IMG/VR virus record: IMGVR_UViG_3300045974_000166
Coordinates: 64,001 to 128,000 of that record
Origin: a virus
Direction: 5' to 3' (one strand)
DNA length: 64,000 bases
Part shown: positions 29,750 to 39,169 of the stretch, piece by piece
Position numbering within the stretch: the first letter of the stretch is position 1
How the letters are laid out: each line of letters opens with the position of its first letter
Position numbers and translations under genes: made by a program
The notes under the pieces: generated by a model
Database searches by the model: none
What the model was told of the DNA's origin: nothing
What the model saw: only the letters and a program-made list of their open reading frames with translations

Positions 29750-30897
29750 AAACATTTCTAGAATATTTAGCAGAGCAAGCAGAGTCAGATGGTAAACTCA
29801 AACATCTCCAGCACCTAGAAGATCTACATGTCGACCATGGCCAATCTGGCTTTAAGCACGCAGCTGGTGAACTTGACCGCGTAAAGAAACATGTAGAATC
29901 TGGTAAGACATCCTCTTCCCTAACTCAAAAGATTGATGGTTCTCCAAGTATTGTTATGGGTCATCACCCACAGTCTGGTAAGTATTTTGTCGCATCTAAA
30001 TCTGCATTCAATAAAACTCCAAAGCTTAACTATACTCATGCCGACATTGAAAAGAACCACGGCCATGCACCCGGTCTAGTGGAGAAACTTAAATCTGCTC
30101 TTGACCACGGCCATAAGATTCTACCAAAGCATGGTGTGTTTCAAGGTGACGTGCTTCACTCCGGTACAGATGTAAAGCATGGCAAGACTACTGCTACATT
30201 CAAACCTAACACGATCGAATATACAGCCCATGGTGCCGAAGCTGATAAGGTGAAGAAATCTAAGTTTGGTGTAGCTCTGCACACAGAATATCATGGCAAG
30301 ACTCTAGATGATATGCATGCCGAGCCTATTAAAGATCACTCTAAGTTTTCTCACCACGAAGATGTCTATTCGCCTTCTGTTGCATATAAGTCTGCCGGTA
30401 AGAAAATGTCTCCAGATGATAACCAAAAATTTCATGAGCATATAGCTGCTGCAAAGACCGCACACGAAAAGACTAACTACTCTCATATTTCTCCACACAA
30501 AGAACATATTAACACTTATATCAATCAAACAGTGAGATCTGGTGAAAAGCCAACTCACGAAGGATATGTAAAGCACTTAGAAGCGATTAAGACAAAAGCC
30601 GTAGGGTCTGTTAAGACAGAGAAAGCTAAAGCAGCTAAGGCTGATCTACATCAGTCTACAATCAATGCTGCGCAGGGTGATCATAAAGAATCTATTACTC
30701 ATGCTTTAAAATCTCACCATCATCTTCAGGCTGCCAAAGATCTGCTCGTGAAGCACATGGACCATTCAGCCGAAGGCCTTGAGGCAAAAATTAATGGTAA
30801 GAAAGTTGGCCCAGAAGGCTATGTGTCTAACCACGCAGGTAAATCAACAAAATTCGTTAACCGTGCCGAGTTCTCTCGTGCAAATTTTCAGAGATAA
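29746..30897 (+). CDS. Capsid-targeted, His-rich ligase/nucleotidyltransferase-like protein
   Basis: CTS-like MKTFLEYLAE; TQKIDGS (K62), FQGDVL, PEGYV and TKFV motifs. Confidence 0.6.
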   Translation: MKTFLEYLAEQAESDGKLKHLQHLEDLHVDHGQSGFKHAAGELDRVKKHVESGKTSSSLTQKIDGSPSIVMGHHPQSGKYFVASKSAFNKTPKLNYTHADIEKNHGHAPGLVEKLKSALDHGHKILPKHGVFQGDVLHSGTDVKHGKTTATFKPNTIEYTAHGAEADKVKKSKFGVALHTEYHGKTLDDMHAEPIKDHSKFSHHEDVYSPSVAYKSAGKKMSPDDNQKFHEHIAAAKTAHEKTNYSHISPHKEHINTYINQTVRSGEKPTHEGYVKHLEAIKTKAVGSVKTEKAKAAKADLHQSTINAAQGDHKESITHALKSHHHLQAAKDLLVKHMDHSAEGLEAKINGKKVGPEGYVSNHAGKSTKFVNRAEFSRANFQR

Positions 30898-30899
30898 AA

Positions 30900-31868
30900 A
30901 TGATAACATTCAAAGAATACCTATCGGAAGTAGCAATCAGTGGCACTGGCCTGAATGGCGAAAGACATTTAGCTAAATATGTGACACCACATCTAGGATC
31001 TTCTAACTTTACACATACTCTGGCAAGAAATCATGGTGATCTAGAACCGGGTTCTAAAGTTAAATTGCACAAAGTAGAAAACATAAAAGGTGTTACTCAT
31101 GTCCACGCAGAAGATGAATCTGGCCACAAACATGTAATACCAGTTACTAAACTACATAAACCTGGTACTCAAAAAGAAAATGCCGGCCATAAGTATGAAA
31201 ATGATTTTATCACTCATCTTAAGAAACATGGTGTTATGCCAGAACATTTGTCTGGCGCAGGGTCCACCGCAGGTACCGATTTCCAAGTAGAACATAGAAA
31301 ACTCAAAAGGAACCATGCTGGTAAAGTTCAAGGTAGTATGTTGAATGGTGAAACTAAGAATGGTGTGACTGGTGCTATGGGTCAGATCACAATTCACCAT
31401 GATCCTAAAAAGGGTGGCTGGCATATTCCAGATGATGCCCGTGCTAAGAGACCTAAGTATGCCGCCGAAGTTGAAAAAGCCGGTGTTTTGAAGCATATGA
31501 ATAAACACTATAACCCAGATAAGCATGACATTAAAACTACCGATTCGGGTAGAGCTCAATCTGTATACATTAAACATCCAAATCTAGAACCAGGCCATGC
31601 TTATCTGCAAGATCACCACGTGCATATCCTACAAGTTGGTGGTCATGGTACGTACCGTGTTGGCGATAAAGACCACACAGGCCATGGACTTCCAGCAATC
31701 TCCGGTAAAGGTAAATGGACTGTCCGTGAGAAACAAGCAGGAAATAAGAAGGCACGTACAGTTATGTTCCAACCAGATGGTAAAGCCGGTCTTGACAAAT
31801 CTCATGTAGATCTAGATAAACCAGATCATATCGAAGCATTCAAGAAGACTTTGGGAATTACTAAATGA
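30900..31868 (+). CDS. Capsid-targeted His-rich protein with PD-(D/E)xK-like motif
   Basis: CTS-like MITFKEYLSE; KYENDF..TDF..GETK. Confidence 0.5.
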   Translation: MITFKEYLSEVAISGTGLNGERHLAKYVTPHLGSSNFTHTLARNHGDLEPGSKVKLHKVENIKGVTHVHAEDESGHKHVIPVTKLHKPGTQKENAGHKYENDFITHLKKHGVMPEHLSGAGSTAGTDFQVEHRKLKRNHAGKVQGSMLNGETKNGVTGAMGQITIHHDPKKGGWHIPDDARAKRPKYAAEVEKAGVLKHMNKHYNPDKHDIKTTDSGRAQSVYIKHPNLEPGHAYLQDHHVHILQVGGHGTYRVGDKDHTGHGLPAISGKGKWTVREKQAGNKKARTVMFQPDGKAGLDKSHVDLDKPDHIEAFKKTLGITK

Positions 31869-32647
31869 AAACCACAGTGATGGCATTTGGCAGGATGTCT
31901 CCAGTTACGGCTGGCCACGCCAAGTTAGTACAGAAGGTGAAGGATACTGCTGCTGAGCATAAGGCAGATCACAAGATCATTCTGTCTCATACTCAAGATG
32001 CCAAAAAGAATCCGCTGCATGTTGATGACAAGGTTCGCTTTGCCAAGCATTACTTCCCGGGCACTCATATCGAGGGTGCCTCTAAAGAACATCCTACATT
32101 CTTACACCACGCTAAGAAACTATCAGACGAAGGCACAGAACACCTAGTCATGGTAGCTGGTTCTGACCGTGCCAAGGAATACCATGACATCCTGCACAAG
32201 TACAATGGCCCTGGTAAGAATCATAACTTCAAGAAGATTACAGTAGTTTCTGCTGGTGAACGTGATCCAGATGCCGAAGGCACCGAAGGTATGTCCGCTT
32301 CCAAACTTCGTGCTCATGCCGTTGCCGGCCACTATAAAGAATTCAAATCTGGTCTACCTAAGGGTGATGAAAAGATCCACAAAGAAATGTACCACAAGGT
32401 TCGCTCTGGCCTGAAACTAGAATGCTTCATCTATCGTGCTAAAGGCCTAGTTATGGAATATGCTGTATCCAAACATGCATCGGCAGCTGCAGAAGTTGAG
32501 CATTTACTTAGTAATGATCCTGGTAACAAAGATCTAATCGACTTAGCTCTCAAACATCATAAGCGTGCCGTTGCTGCTGCCACTTCTGAGACCGAAAAGA
32601 AATATCATTCAGACAAAATAGCCAAATTAAATAGACAATGCTCATAA
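31865..32647 (+). CDS. Cytidylyltransferase-like (HIGH-class Rossmann nucleotidyltransferase)
   Basis: FGRMSPVTAGHAKL, KNPL, MVAGSDR and ERDPDAEGTEGMSASKLR motifs. Confidence 0.85.
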   Translation: MKTTVMAFGRMSPVTAGHAKLVQKVKDTAAEHKADHKIILSHTQDAKKNPLHVDDKVRFAKHYFPGTHIEGASKEHPTFLHHAKKLSDEGTEHLVMVAGSDRAKEYHDILHKYNGPGKNHNFKKITVVSAGERDPDAEGTEGMSASKLRAHAVAGHYKEFKSGLPKGDEKIHKEMYHKVRSGLKLECFIYRAKGLVMEYAVSKHASAAAEVEHLLSNDPGNKDLIDLALKHHKRAVAAATSETEKKYHSDKIAKLNRQCS

Positions 32648-32657
32648 GGATTTCATA

Positions 32658-34847
32658 ATGCAACTAGAAAAACACATTAACATCACAAAGACTCCAAACG
32701 GAGCTATTGTTTCTTTCGGCGGACAGGTTTGTCTCACTATCTCCGAGATGGGAACAGAATTCTTCTGGTCTGCTTCTCCTGTGTTTGCTAAGTTAACTTA
32801 TGGTGCATCCACTTTCTCCGATTTGCCAAGATCTTGGACTGGTCATTCTACAATGGCCGAAGCAATTGCAGATGGTCTTAACAAACTAGATGAAATGAAG
32901 GCATTCTATGGTATAGTAGATTTGGCCGATGACACGTATGGTGACAAGCTGAACGAATCGGAAGAACTAGACGAAGATACTTATAAAGATAAATCTAATT
33001 CTGCTTGGGAAAAAGTTCATGCAAAATCTAAAGGTCCAGTAGATAGATTTATCACAAGAGTTGCTGCTAGAGTATTAGATAAAACTAAAATTGATAGAAA
33101 AACTGGCAAAGTAGTTCAATCGGAAGAAGTGGTTGAACTAGAATTTGATCAAGCTGCTATCGTTGAAGCACTTGCCTCTATCAAGGAAGATTGCCGTGTC
33201 GAAGCACTGAGAATGTCCGATTCTCTTCTTGAAGCACAACAACTTGCCAATGAACTCTTTGAAGACATCACAGAAGAATATCTGAATGAATTGTCTAAAG
33301 CTACTTTGGGTTCATATGCTAAAAAGGCTGCTACAGATGCAGCATATAAAGAATTGAATGCTGGTCAAATGGGTATTAATAGAGCTGGTGGTTTTGGTTA
33401 TGCGGCTGACAAGAAAGCAAAAAAACGGCTACAAGGTGTCCATACTGCAGTTAATAAACTTACAGAAGTAGAAGAACTTGACGAAGTTTGGGCTGGTCCT
33501 AACCCAGACAAGCAACCAAAATCCTATGTCGCTAAACTGAAGGCTAAGAATACTGGCAAACAAGCTCCAGCTACCGATATTAAGTTCGATGACCATGAAA
33601 AACTTGGTGTGTGGAAGCGTAATGCCGGCCAAGGTGAGATGATTCTTCGTAAACACAAAAAGACAGGTCAGCACGAAATTGTTGCCAACAATGACCAGTT
33701 CTCTCATGTAGCATATCCTGACTCTGAAGCCGCAGGTAAGAAATATCTCAACTTGCTAGGCAAACTTCAAGAAGAAGAACTCGATGAATACTTTGTTCCA
33801 TATCTTTTGAAAGGCAAACAAAAGCCTTATGTGTCTTCTCTCGGCCCTGGCCATTATGAAGTTCTTGGTAATGTCGGTCAGGTAAAGGCGACATTTACCC
33901 GAGCAACACACGGTAAAGATGCTCATGCTATGGCTCAAAAACATCTAAGAGCTAAGTACAACGAATACATGGCCGAAGAAGTAGAAGTACTCGATGAAGC
34001 AAGATTCGGAATGGACGACATTGCCGTTGGTGGCACCGTTATCTATAAGACTCTGAAGGGTGACCACAAGATGTCTAAGGTACGCAACAAGGGTAATGGT
34101 TTTGCTCTGCACCTACAAGACGGTTCGACTATTCAGAATCATGCCGTTAGATCTACCGATGCTTCCGATTGGAAACACTTCGAAAACTTGAAGGAAGAAG
34201 TTCTAGATGAAAAGCTTGACCGCCATGGCGATTTCCACCGGTCTGTTGAAAATGGCATTTTTGCACATTCTAAACATCTCGATACTACTAAGAAATATTT
34301 GCATGACAAAGACACAAGAGGCAGCGACGGTCTCTCTATGCAATTAGCTACATTTGACCACGAAAAACATGCACAAGCAGCTGCTAAGAAACATGGTGGC
34401 AGAGTGGAACGTACTGATTTTGGAACTTATAGAGTTACCGAAGAAGTTCTTGATGAAGCAACTCGCCCACTATCCGGTGATGCATACTGGAAGTCCAAAG
34501 AAGTAGAGTCTAAGGAAGAATATCTTAAGGCTCAACGCAAAGCTCTAGGTCTTCCAGAGCCAGTGAAACGCGGCCGCGGCAAACCAACTAACATCGACCG
34601 TGACCTTCTTAAGACTCGTGCTCACTCCAATGTAGAGGCAGGCAAACGTCCAACAGCTGGTTTCGACCGTAACGAGAAGATCCACTTCGTTCGCCATCTT
34701 AAGGATCATCCAGACTTTGCAGAAAAGCATGTGTCACAAGCAGGCCGACCTGTTGGAACGACTAAGGTTGCCTCTCAACAACAAGCTTTGGTTAAGAAGA
34801 AACAAGACACGGCCTTCTCTATGTGGGCAGGATTGGGTAAGAAATGA
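32658..34847 (+). CDS. Modular putative internal head polyprotein 1
   Basis: Basic/His-rich modules separated by EELDE/EEVLDE/EYLNE linkers; AT-hook-like KRGRGKP near the C-terminus. Confidence 0.6.
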   Translation: MQLEKHINITKTPNGAIVSFGGQVCLTISEMGTEFFWSASPVFAKLTYGASTFSDLPRSWTGHSTMAEAIADGLNKLDEMKAFYGIVDLADDTYGDKLNESEELDEDTYKDKSNSAWEKVHAKSKGPVDRFITRVAARVLDKTKIDRKTGKVVQSEEVVELEFDQAAIVEALASIKEDCRVEALRMSDSLLEAQQLANELFEDITEEYLNELSKATLGSYAKKAATDAAYKELNAGQMGINRAGGFGYAADKKAKKRLQGVHTAVNKLTEVEELDEVWAGPNPDKQPKSYVAKLKAKNTGKQAPATDIKFDDHEKLGVWKRNAGQGEMILRKHKKTGQHEIVANNDQFSHVAYPDSEAAGKKYLNLLGKLQEEELDEYFVPYLLKGKQKPYVSSLGPGHYEVLGNVGQVKATFTRATHGKDAHAMAQKHLRAKYNEYMAEEVEVLDEARFGMDDIAVGGTVIYKTLKGDHKMSKVRNKGNGFALHLQDGSTIQNHAVRSTDASDWKHFENLKEEVLDEKLDRHGDFHRSVENGIFAHSKHLDTTKKYLHDKDTRGSDGLSMQLATFDHEKHAQAAAKKHGGRVERTDFGTYRVTEEVLDEATRPLSGDAYWKSKEVESKEEYLKAQRKALGLPEPVKRGRGKPTNIDRDLLKTRAHSNVEAGKRPTAGFDRNEKIHFVRHLKDHPDFAEKHVSQAGRPVGTTKVASQQQALVKKKQDTAFSMWAGLGKK

Positions 34848-35284
34848 TTATTGACGAACTTAAAGTAACACTGGCCAACCACATTGAGTCGGCCCTGACC
34901 GTCTGGGGTTATCACTGGAATATCGAAGGAGTTGATTTCAACCAATATCATACATTCTTCTCTGAGATTTATAACGAATACTTTGATCAAGTAGATACGC
35001 TAGCCGAATATGTCCGAATTGTATCAAAAGCCGAGGAATATGTGAATGCTTCGGTTGATGTGGTGAAAGCTAATAAGACCGTGAAGAGTAAAATTGTTGT
35101 AGGTTCTAAACCAAAAGAAATGGTGAAAGAAATCCTTGTACTCAATGATGCTCTTCTAGCAGATATGGCTAATATGTTCAAATTGTCAACCGCAGCGGGT
35201 GAGCAAGGTTTGGCTAACTACTGCGCTGGTCAAATGGATGTATATGAAAAACTTCGTTGGAAACTCCTAACTGTGGCAAAATGA
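34844..35284 (+). CDS. dps: Dps/ferritin-like protein
   Basis: HWNIEGVDFNQYHTFFSEIY..VDTLAE Dps signature; C-terminal YEKLRWKL. Confidence 0.85.
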   Translation: MIIDELKVTLANHIESALTVWGYHWNIEGVDFNQYHTFFSEIYNEYFDQVDTLAEYVRIVSKAEEYVNASVDVVKANKTVKSKIVVGSKPKEMVKEILVLNDALLADMANMFKLSTAAGEQGLANYCAGQMDVYEKLRWKLLTVAK

Positions 35285-35688
35285 AAACATTCAAAGAATA
35301 CCTAACTGAAGCCGAAGAGTTTGACTCTGGGAATATCCACCCCAGAGATCTACCAAAGCATCTTACTCCAGGTGAGATTAAAAGTATTCAGAAGCATCCA
35401 TACTTTAAAGAATATGTAGGCAACTATGTTCCGGGTGGGACGGTTGCTGCTCGTGTAACTAAGGACCGTGCTGGCTTCAAGAAAGTATACATGGGCAACT
35501 CCCAAGTCCTAGATACTACTCATGGTAAGATTCGGCGTATGGTGCAATTCGATATGAAGTACTCTGGTCACTCAGTCGACAATGCTCATTTGCACCACAA
35601 CGTAGATGGCAAGCGCCACACCCATGGCAATAAGAATATCTGGTGGGACCACATTAAATCACATAAGAACTACGAGAACGAAAAATGA
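35281..35688 (+). CDS. Capsid-targeted internal protein
   Basis: Starts MKTFKEYLTE at ATG 35281, overlapping the dps stop (ATGA). Confidence 0.65.
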   Translation: MKTFKEYLTEAEEFDSGNIHPRDLPKHLTPGEIKSIQKHPYFKEYVGNYVPGGTVAARVTKDRAGFKKVYMGNSQVLDTTHGKIRRMVQFDMKYSGHSVDNAHLHHNVDGKRHTHGNKNIWWDHIKSHKNYENEK

Positions 35689-37934
35689 CAGATCAAATCG
35701 ACGAACTAAGCAACAACACTCTTCAATCTGTGGCAAAGAAACGTGCCGATCAGTCTAAAGAGGCAGGTGGTATTGGTGTGAATAATCCTACTCGTGCCAA
35801 GGCTATGGATCTTCTTCGGAAGTCCGATAATGCTAAGTATCGGCACACAGAACATCCATCTAAGGTAACTCCAAAGACTCCTGCTCCAGCACCTACCGAA
35901 GCCGATAAAGCAGCTCATGCTAAGGCAAACAAAGCCAAGGTAGATTCTCAGAACAACCGCGGCTATGGCGAAGGCCGATACATGGGTGATTCAGTAGAGC
36001 AGACGGAAGTTGAAGATCAGATTGACGAACTCTCAATGGACACAGTGAAGTCATACAAAGATAAGGTTAAAGCAAATCCTGCTCCATCTAAGACTACTCA
36101 CAACATTCTACACAAAGCTATTCGTAGATTTGCCGGTAAAGAACGTGCCGAAGATCGTATTCATTCAGATGAAATGAAGAAGATGCGTGAACGGCTAGGT
36201 CTGAAGAACGAAGAAGTTCTAGACGAAGATATTGGTTCTAGTATCAAGAAGGGTATCAAAAGCGTTAAACGCGGTTTTCAAGGTTGGGCAGATACAAGAA
36301 TGACACCCGGAAGTATTCAGAAAAGAACTAAAGAACTTACGGATGATGAATTGGCCGACCAAAGAGCTCAAAGAGATGAGCCAGGAAATACAGAACCCGG
36401 AAAACACTCACCTGTGGGTTTACAACGGCGACTACATGACAGAGAAAAAAGAAAACGTGATCTAGCTAATGAAGAAGTTATCACCGAAGGTGCTGGCATT
36501 GGTGATCTAGTCAAGTTCCACAAAATTGCCGGTATGAACGGTCATAGATATGCTCAAATATCTGGTTTCATTATGTCTAAGAAAGACGGTAACATTGATC
36601 CTATGACTGGCCGGGTTCATGGTACAGCTACTCACTATGTGGCTAAACTCAAGAAAGACCCACTGAACACAGTAAACTTCACCCCAGATGTTCATATCCC
36701 AGTTGGTGATGTGCATAAGGTAGATCAGTACGCCGAGATTCAGAACCACAAGGCCAAACAGAAGATGCTTGGCAAGATCAAGGGTGAGTCTATAGACGAA
36801 GAAGTTACATTCTCTGGCAAAGGTGCCAATGGTGTGCAATATAAAATCATCAAAACCGGTGATGATCATGCCATCCATGCAAACGGTAAACACATTGACA
36901 CCTACGGTTCTCACCAACGCGCTATGAGTGTTCTCAAGAATGAAGTTCCAGGTTTAAAAGCAGACCTAAAGGAAGAAGTTCTAGACGAAGATGCCGCTCA
37001 GAAGAATATGGGCCATGCAATGGATACTATTGAACCAAGCAAAAGAGATGCTGCTCGGAAACAATACGGAGCTGCCCGGTCTAAGGGTCTAACCCATGCA
37101 TCTTCTATTAGCCTAATGCACCAACGTTTTGGTGGCACAAATGAAGAAGTAGACGAAGCATTTGAAAAGCCAAAAGCCGCAAAGACTAAAGAAATTGAAA
37201 AGTCCGACAATGCTGCTCATGCTCGACTTAATAAGCCAATGCCAATTCAAAAACCAATACGAGTTGAAGAAGTAGAACAAATAGAAGAACTTTCTAATGA
37301 AACTCTTAAAAGTTACGTTAGCAAATCAAACAAGCATCGCACTCAAGCTTCGGTCGAACATCTAGGACAAGGTAAGTGGGATCCTAAGTTTGTTGATAAA
37401 ATGGATCGTAGAGCCGATCATTCCATAAAAGCTTATCATAAAATCAAGAATAAGCATTCAATGACTACCGAAGAAGTTGTAGATGAGGAAGTCAAAACAG
37501 AAAAGCCTAAGCACAAGGTTGGTGATACCGTTTGGGCAACTTCACCTACCAACAAAGCACTTACAATGACTGGCAAAGTTACAAAAATCGGTGTCACGCT
37601 AACTACCGTGAAGCATAAAGATGGTTCAGAAGCTCATTATCCACACAAACTTGTGAATAACGACTACGAAGTTCTACATCCAAATTCAAAGAAATGGCAA
37701 CGTGAACATCTAGAACAGACTGGGGAACTTCTCTCTTTGTCCGAAGTTAAATACATTCTAGAGAATGCAGCAGGAGGCGCTGGTGTCATTGCTCAACATT
37801 CCGGAGTAAATGACAGTGCTCCCCAAGGTACTGGCAGGGTTAAGAAAATGATGGGTAACAAAACTGATGCTGTAGCTATTGCTAAAATCATAGCAAATGG
37901 TGTAGCATCAAAAGAACAGAAAGAAAGTGAATAA
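35685..37934 (+). CDS. Modular putative internal head polyprotein 2
   Basis: About 9 acidic linkers (QIDE, EEVLDE, EEVITE, QIEE, EEVVDE); three ELSxxT(L/V)xS modules. Confidence 0.6.
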   Translation: MTDQIDELSNNTLQSVAKKRADQSKEAGGIGVNNPTRAKAMDLLRKSDNAKYRHTEHPSKVTPKTPAPAPTEADKAAHAKANKAKVDSQNNRGYGEGRYMGDSVEQTEVEDQIDELSMDTVKSYKDKVKANPAPSKTTHNILHKAIRRFAGKERAEDRIHSDEMKKMRERLGLKNEEVLDEDIGSSIKKGIKSVKRGFQGWADTRMTPGSIQKRTKELTDDELADQRAQRDEPGNTEPGKHSPVGLQRRLHDREKRKRDLANEEVITEGAGIGDLVKFHKIAGMNGHRYAQISGFIMSKKDGNIDPMTGRVHGTATHYVAKLKKDPLNTVNFTPDVHIPVGDVHKVDQYAEIQNHKAKQKMLGKIKGESIDEEVTFSGKGANGVQYKIIKTGDDHAIHANGKHIDTYGSHQRAMSVLKNEVPGLKADLKEEVLDEDAAQKNMGHAMDTIEPSKRDAARKQYGAARSKGLTHASSISLMHQRFGGTNEEVDEAFEKPKAAKTKEIEKSDNAAHARLNKPMPIQKPIRVEEVEQIEELSNETLKSYVSKSNKHRTQASVEHLGQGKWDPKFVDKMDRRADHSIKAYHKIKNKHSMTTEEVVDEEVKTEKPKHKVGDTVWATSPTNKALTMTGKVTKIGVTLTTVKHKDGSEAHYPHKLVNNDYEVLHPNSKKWQREHLEQTGELLSLSEVKYILENAAGGAGVIAQHSGVNDSAPQGTGRVKKMMGNKTDAVAIAKIIANGVASKEQKESE

Positions 37935-37936
37935 TT

Positions 37937-38263
37937 ATGTCTTATATGAGAACCAAACCGCGGTGGTGTCCCACGGTTGAAGCAACTGAACAAGGTTGGA
38001 TAAATAGTCTAAATGGAGAGCTTTTAGTTTCTCTTCGCAATTTGAAATCATTATTAGCCTTAGAACAAGCCGCACTAGATGCTGCTGCAGCAACTATCCC
38101 AAAAGAGGTCCCTATGCAAGTAATTAAAGAAGAAGTAGTTCCAGTTGTCGCCGAAGTTCAAGTACCAGTTACTGAAGAAACTATCAAAAAGCCAAAGAAG
38201 AAACAAAAAATTCTTGGTGAAGTAGTTGAATTTCCTGTTGACGCACAAGTTATTGGTGAATAA
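37937..38263 (+). CDS. Hypothetical protein
   Basis: PRW..TVEATEQGW..GELLVSLR; coupled to both neighbours. Confidence 0.55.
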   Translation: MSYMRTKPRWCPTVEATEQGWINSLNGELLVSLRNLKSLLALEQAALDAAAATIPKEVPMQVIKEEVVPVVAEVQVPVTEETIKKPKKKQKILGEVVEFPVDAQVIGE

Positions 38264-38655
38264 TGGCTGATACCAAAATCTCGGCTTTTACACCAGTTGT
38301 AACCCTTGGTCCAACCGATATATTTCCTATTGTACAAGGTGGCGTCAACAAATTTGCTACAATAGGGCAAATATCTAATCTAGCAGTTGCTGGTACCCAA
38401 GTTGTGACGACGTCGGCAGGAATTCCTGTAGCAGTTAGTTCAGATGTTGTGTTAGTTTCTTCGGCAGCCACACTAGGTTCTGGCACTGTTTCTGGAAAGA
38501 AATTAACAATTGTAGCTACTGGCCCCGGATCTATTGCATTTACTGCATCCTCAGTTCCAGTATTATATACTTATGCTGCCGGGTCTACTATGTCTTTAGT
38601 TTGGGCAAATTCTACTTGGAACATTCTGTCTATTTTTAATATGACACGTGTCTAA
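38263..38655 (+). CDS. Putative virion structural protein
   Basis: MADTKISAFTP..TDIFPIVQGG N-terminal motif; beta-rich. Confidence 0.5.
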   Translation: MADTKISAFTPVVTLGPTDIFPIVQGGVNKFATIGQISNLAVAGTQVVTTSAGIPVAVSSDVVLVSSAATLGSGTVSGKKLTIVATGPGSIAFTASSVPVLYTYAAGSTMSLVWANSTWNILSIFNMTRV

Positions 38656-38999
38656 TGATTCAAAACGACCAACATTTTTTGCTTCATGCATTTAAAGCGT
38701 ATGATAATCCTAGGATGATTTCTACTACCGAATTTGATGCAGATCTAAAAAGATTTGGTTACCTGAATACAATGCTTTCAAAGTATTCTAAAGATAAAGA
38801 TGAAGTTAAACTTAGAACATGTGTAAATCATATTGTTATAATTTCAAACTGTTTTTGTGAAGCATCTCTTGAACTCATAAGATATAAGATGCTTGAGGAA
38901 AACAGATCTATTACTGAGTCTATCATGTACTTTCTTAAAATGACGGATGACAAAGATTACGTGGATTTTAGCCTATTAAATACATTAGAACAACTATGA
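38655..38999 (+). CDS. Conserved T4-like hypothetical protein
   Basis: AFKAYDNP..EFDADLKRFGYL..LRTCVNHIVIISN motif. Confidence 0.6.
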   Translation: MIQNDQHFLLHAFKAYDNPRMISTTEFDADLKRFGYLNTMLSKYSKDKDEVKLRTCVNHIVIISNCFCEASLELIRYKMLEENRSITESIMYFLKMTDDKDYVDFSLLNTLEQL

Positions 39000-39166
39000 A
39001 CAACCAACAAGAATTAAAAGAAGATGGAGCAGTAGTAGCTCCCGGTAACGTTACTGCTGGAGTTGAAGGCCCAAAGCTTCCAATAAAACCAGCAAATGTC
39101 TTTAAGAGAGTTCAACTTCTTAAGAAGAAAAAAGATACGATCGAACCCAAAGTTCCATCTAATTAA
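38996..39166 (+). CDS. Small 56-aa protein not in the ORF track (MNNQQELKEDGAVVAPGNVTAGVEGPKLPIKP...)
   Basis: Translated by hand; overlaps the previous stop; has an LKE site; ATTAAATA at 38975-38982 lies just upstream. Confidence 0.6.
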   Translation: MNNQQELKEDGAVVAPGNVTAGVEGPKLPIKPANVFKRVQLLKKKKDTIEPKVPSN

Positions 39167-39169
39167 ATA
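39162..39169 (+). promoter_or_regulatory. Late promoter-like motif ATTAAATA
   Basis: Upstream of gp18. Confidence 0.65.

Noticed and set aside
32658-37934. CRISPR array or DGR repeats
   Set aside because: The repeats are degenerate, in-frame, irregularly spaced and protein-coding. No reverse transcriptase, cas genes or adenine-specific VR/TR pair was seen.
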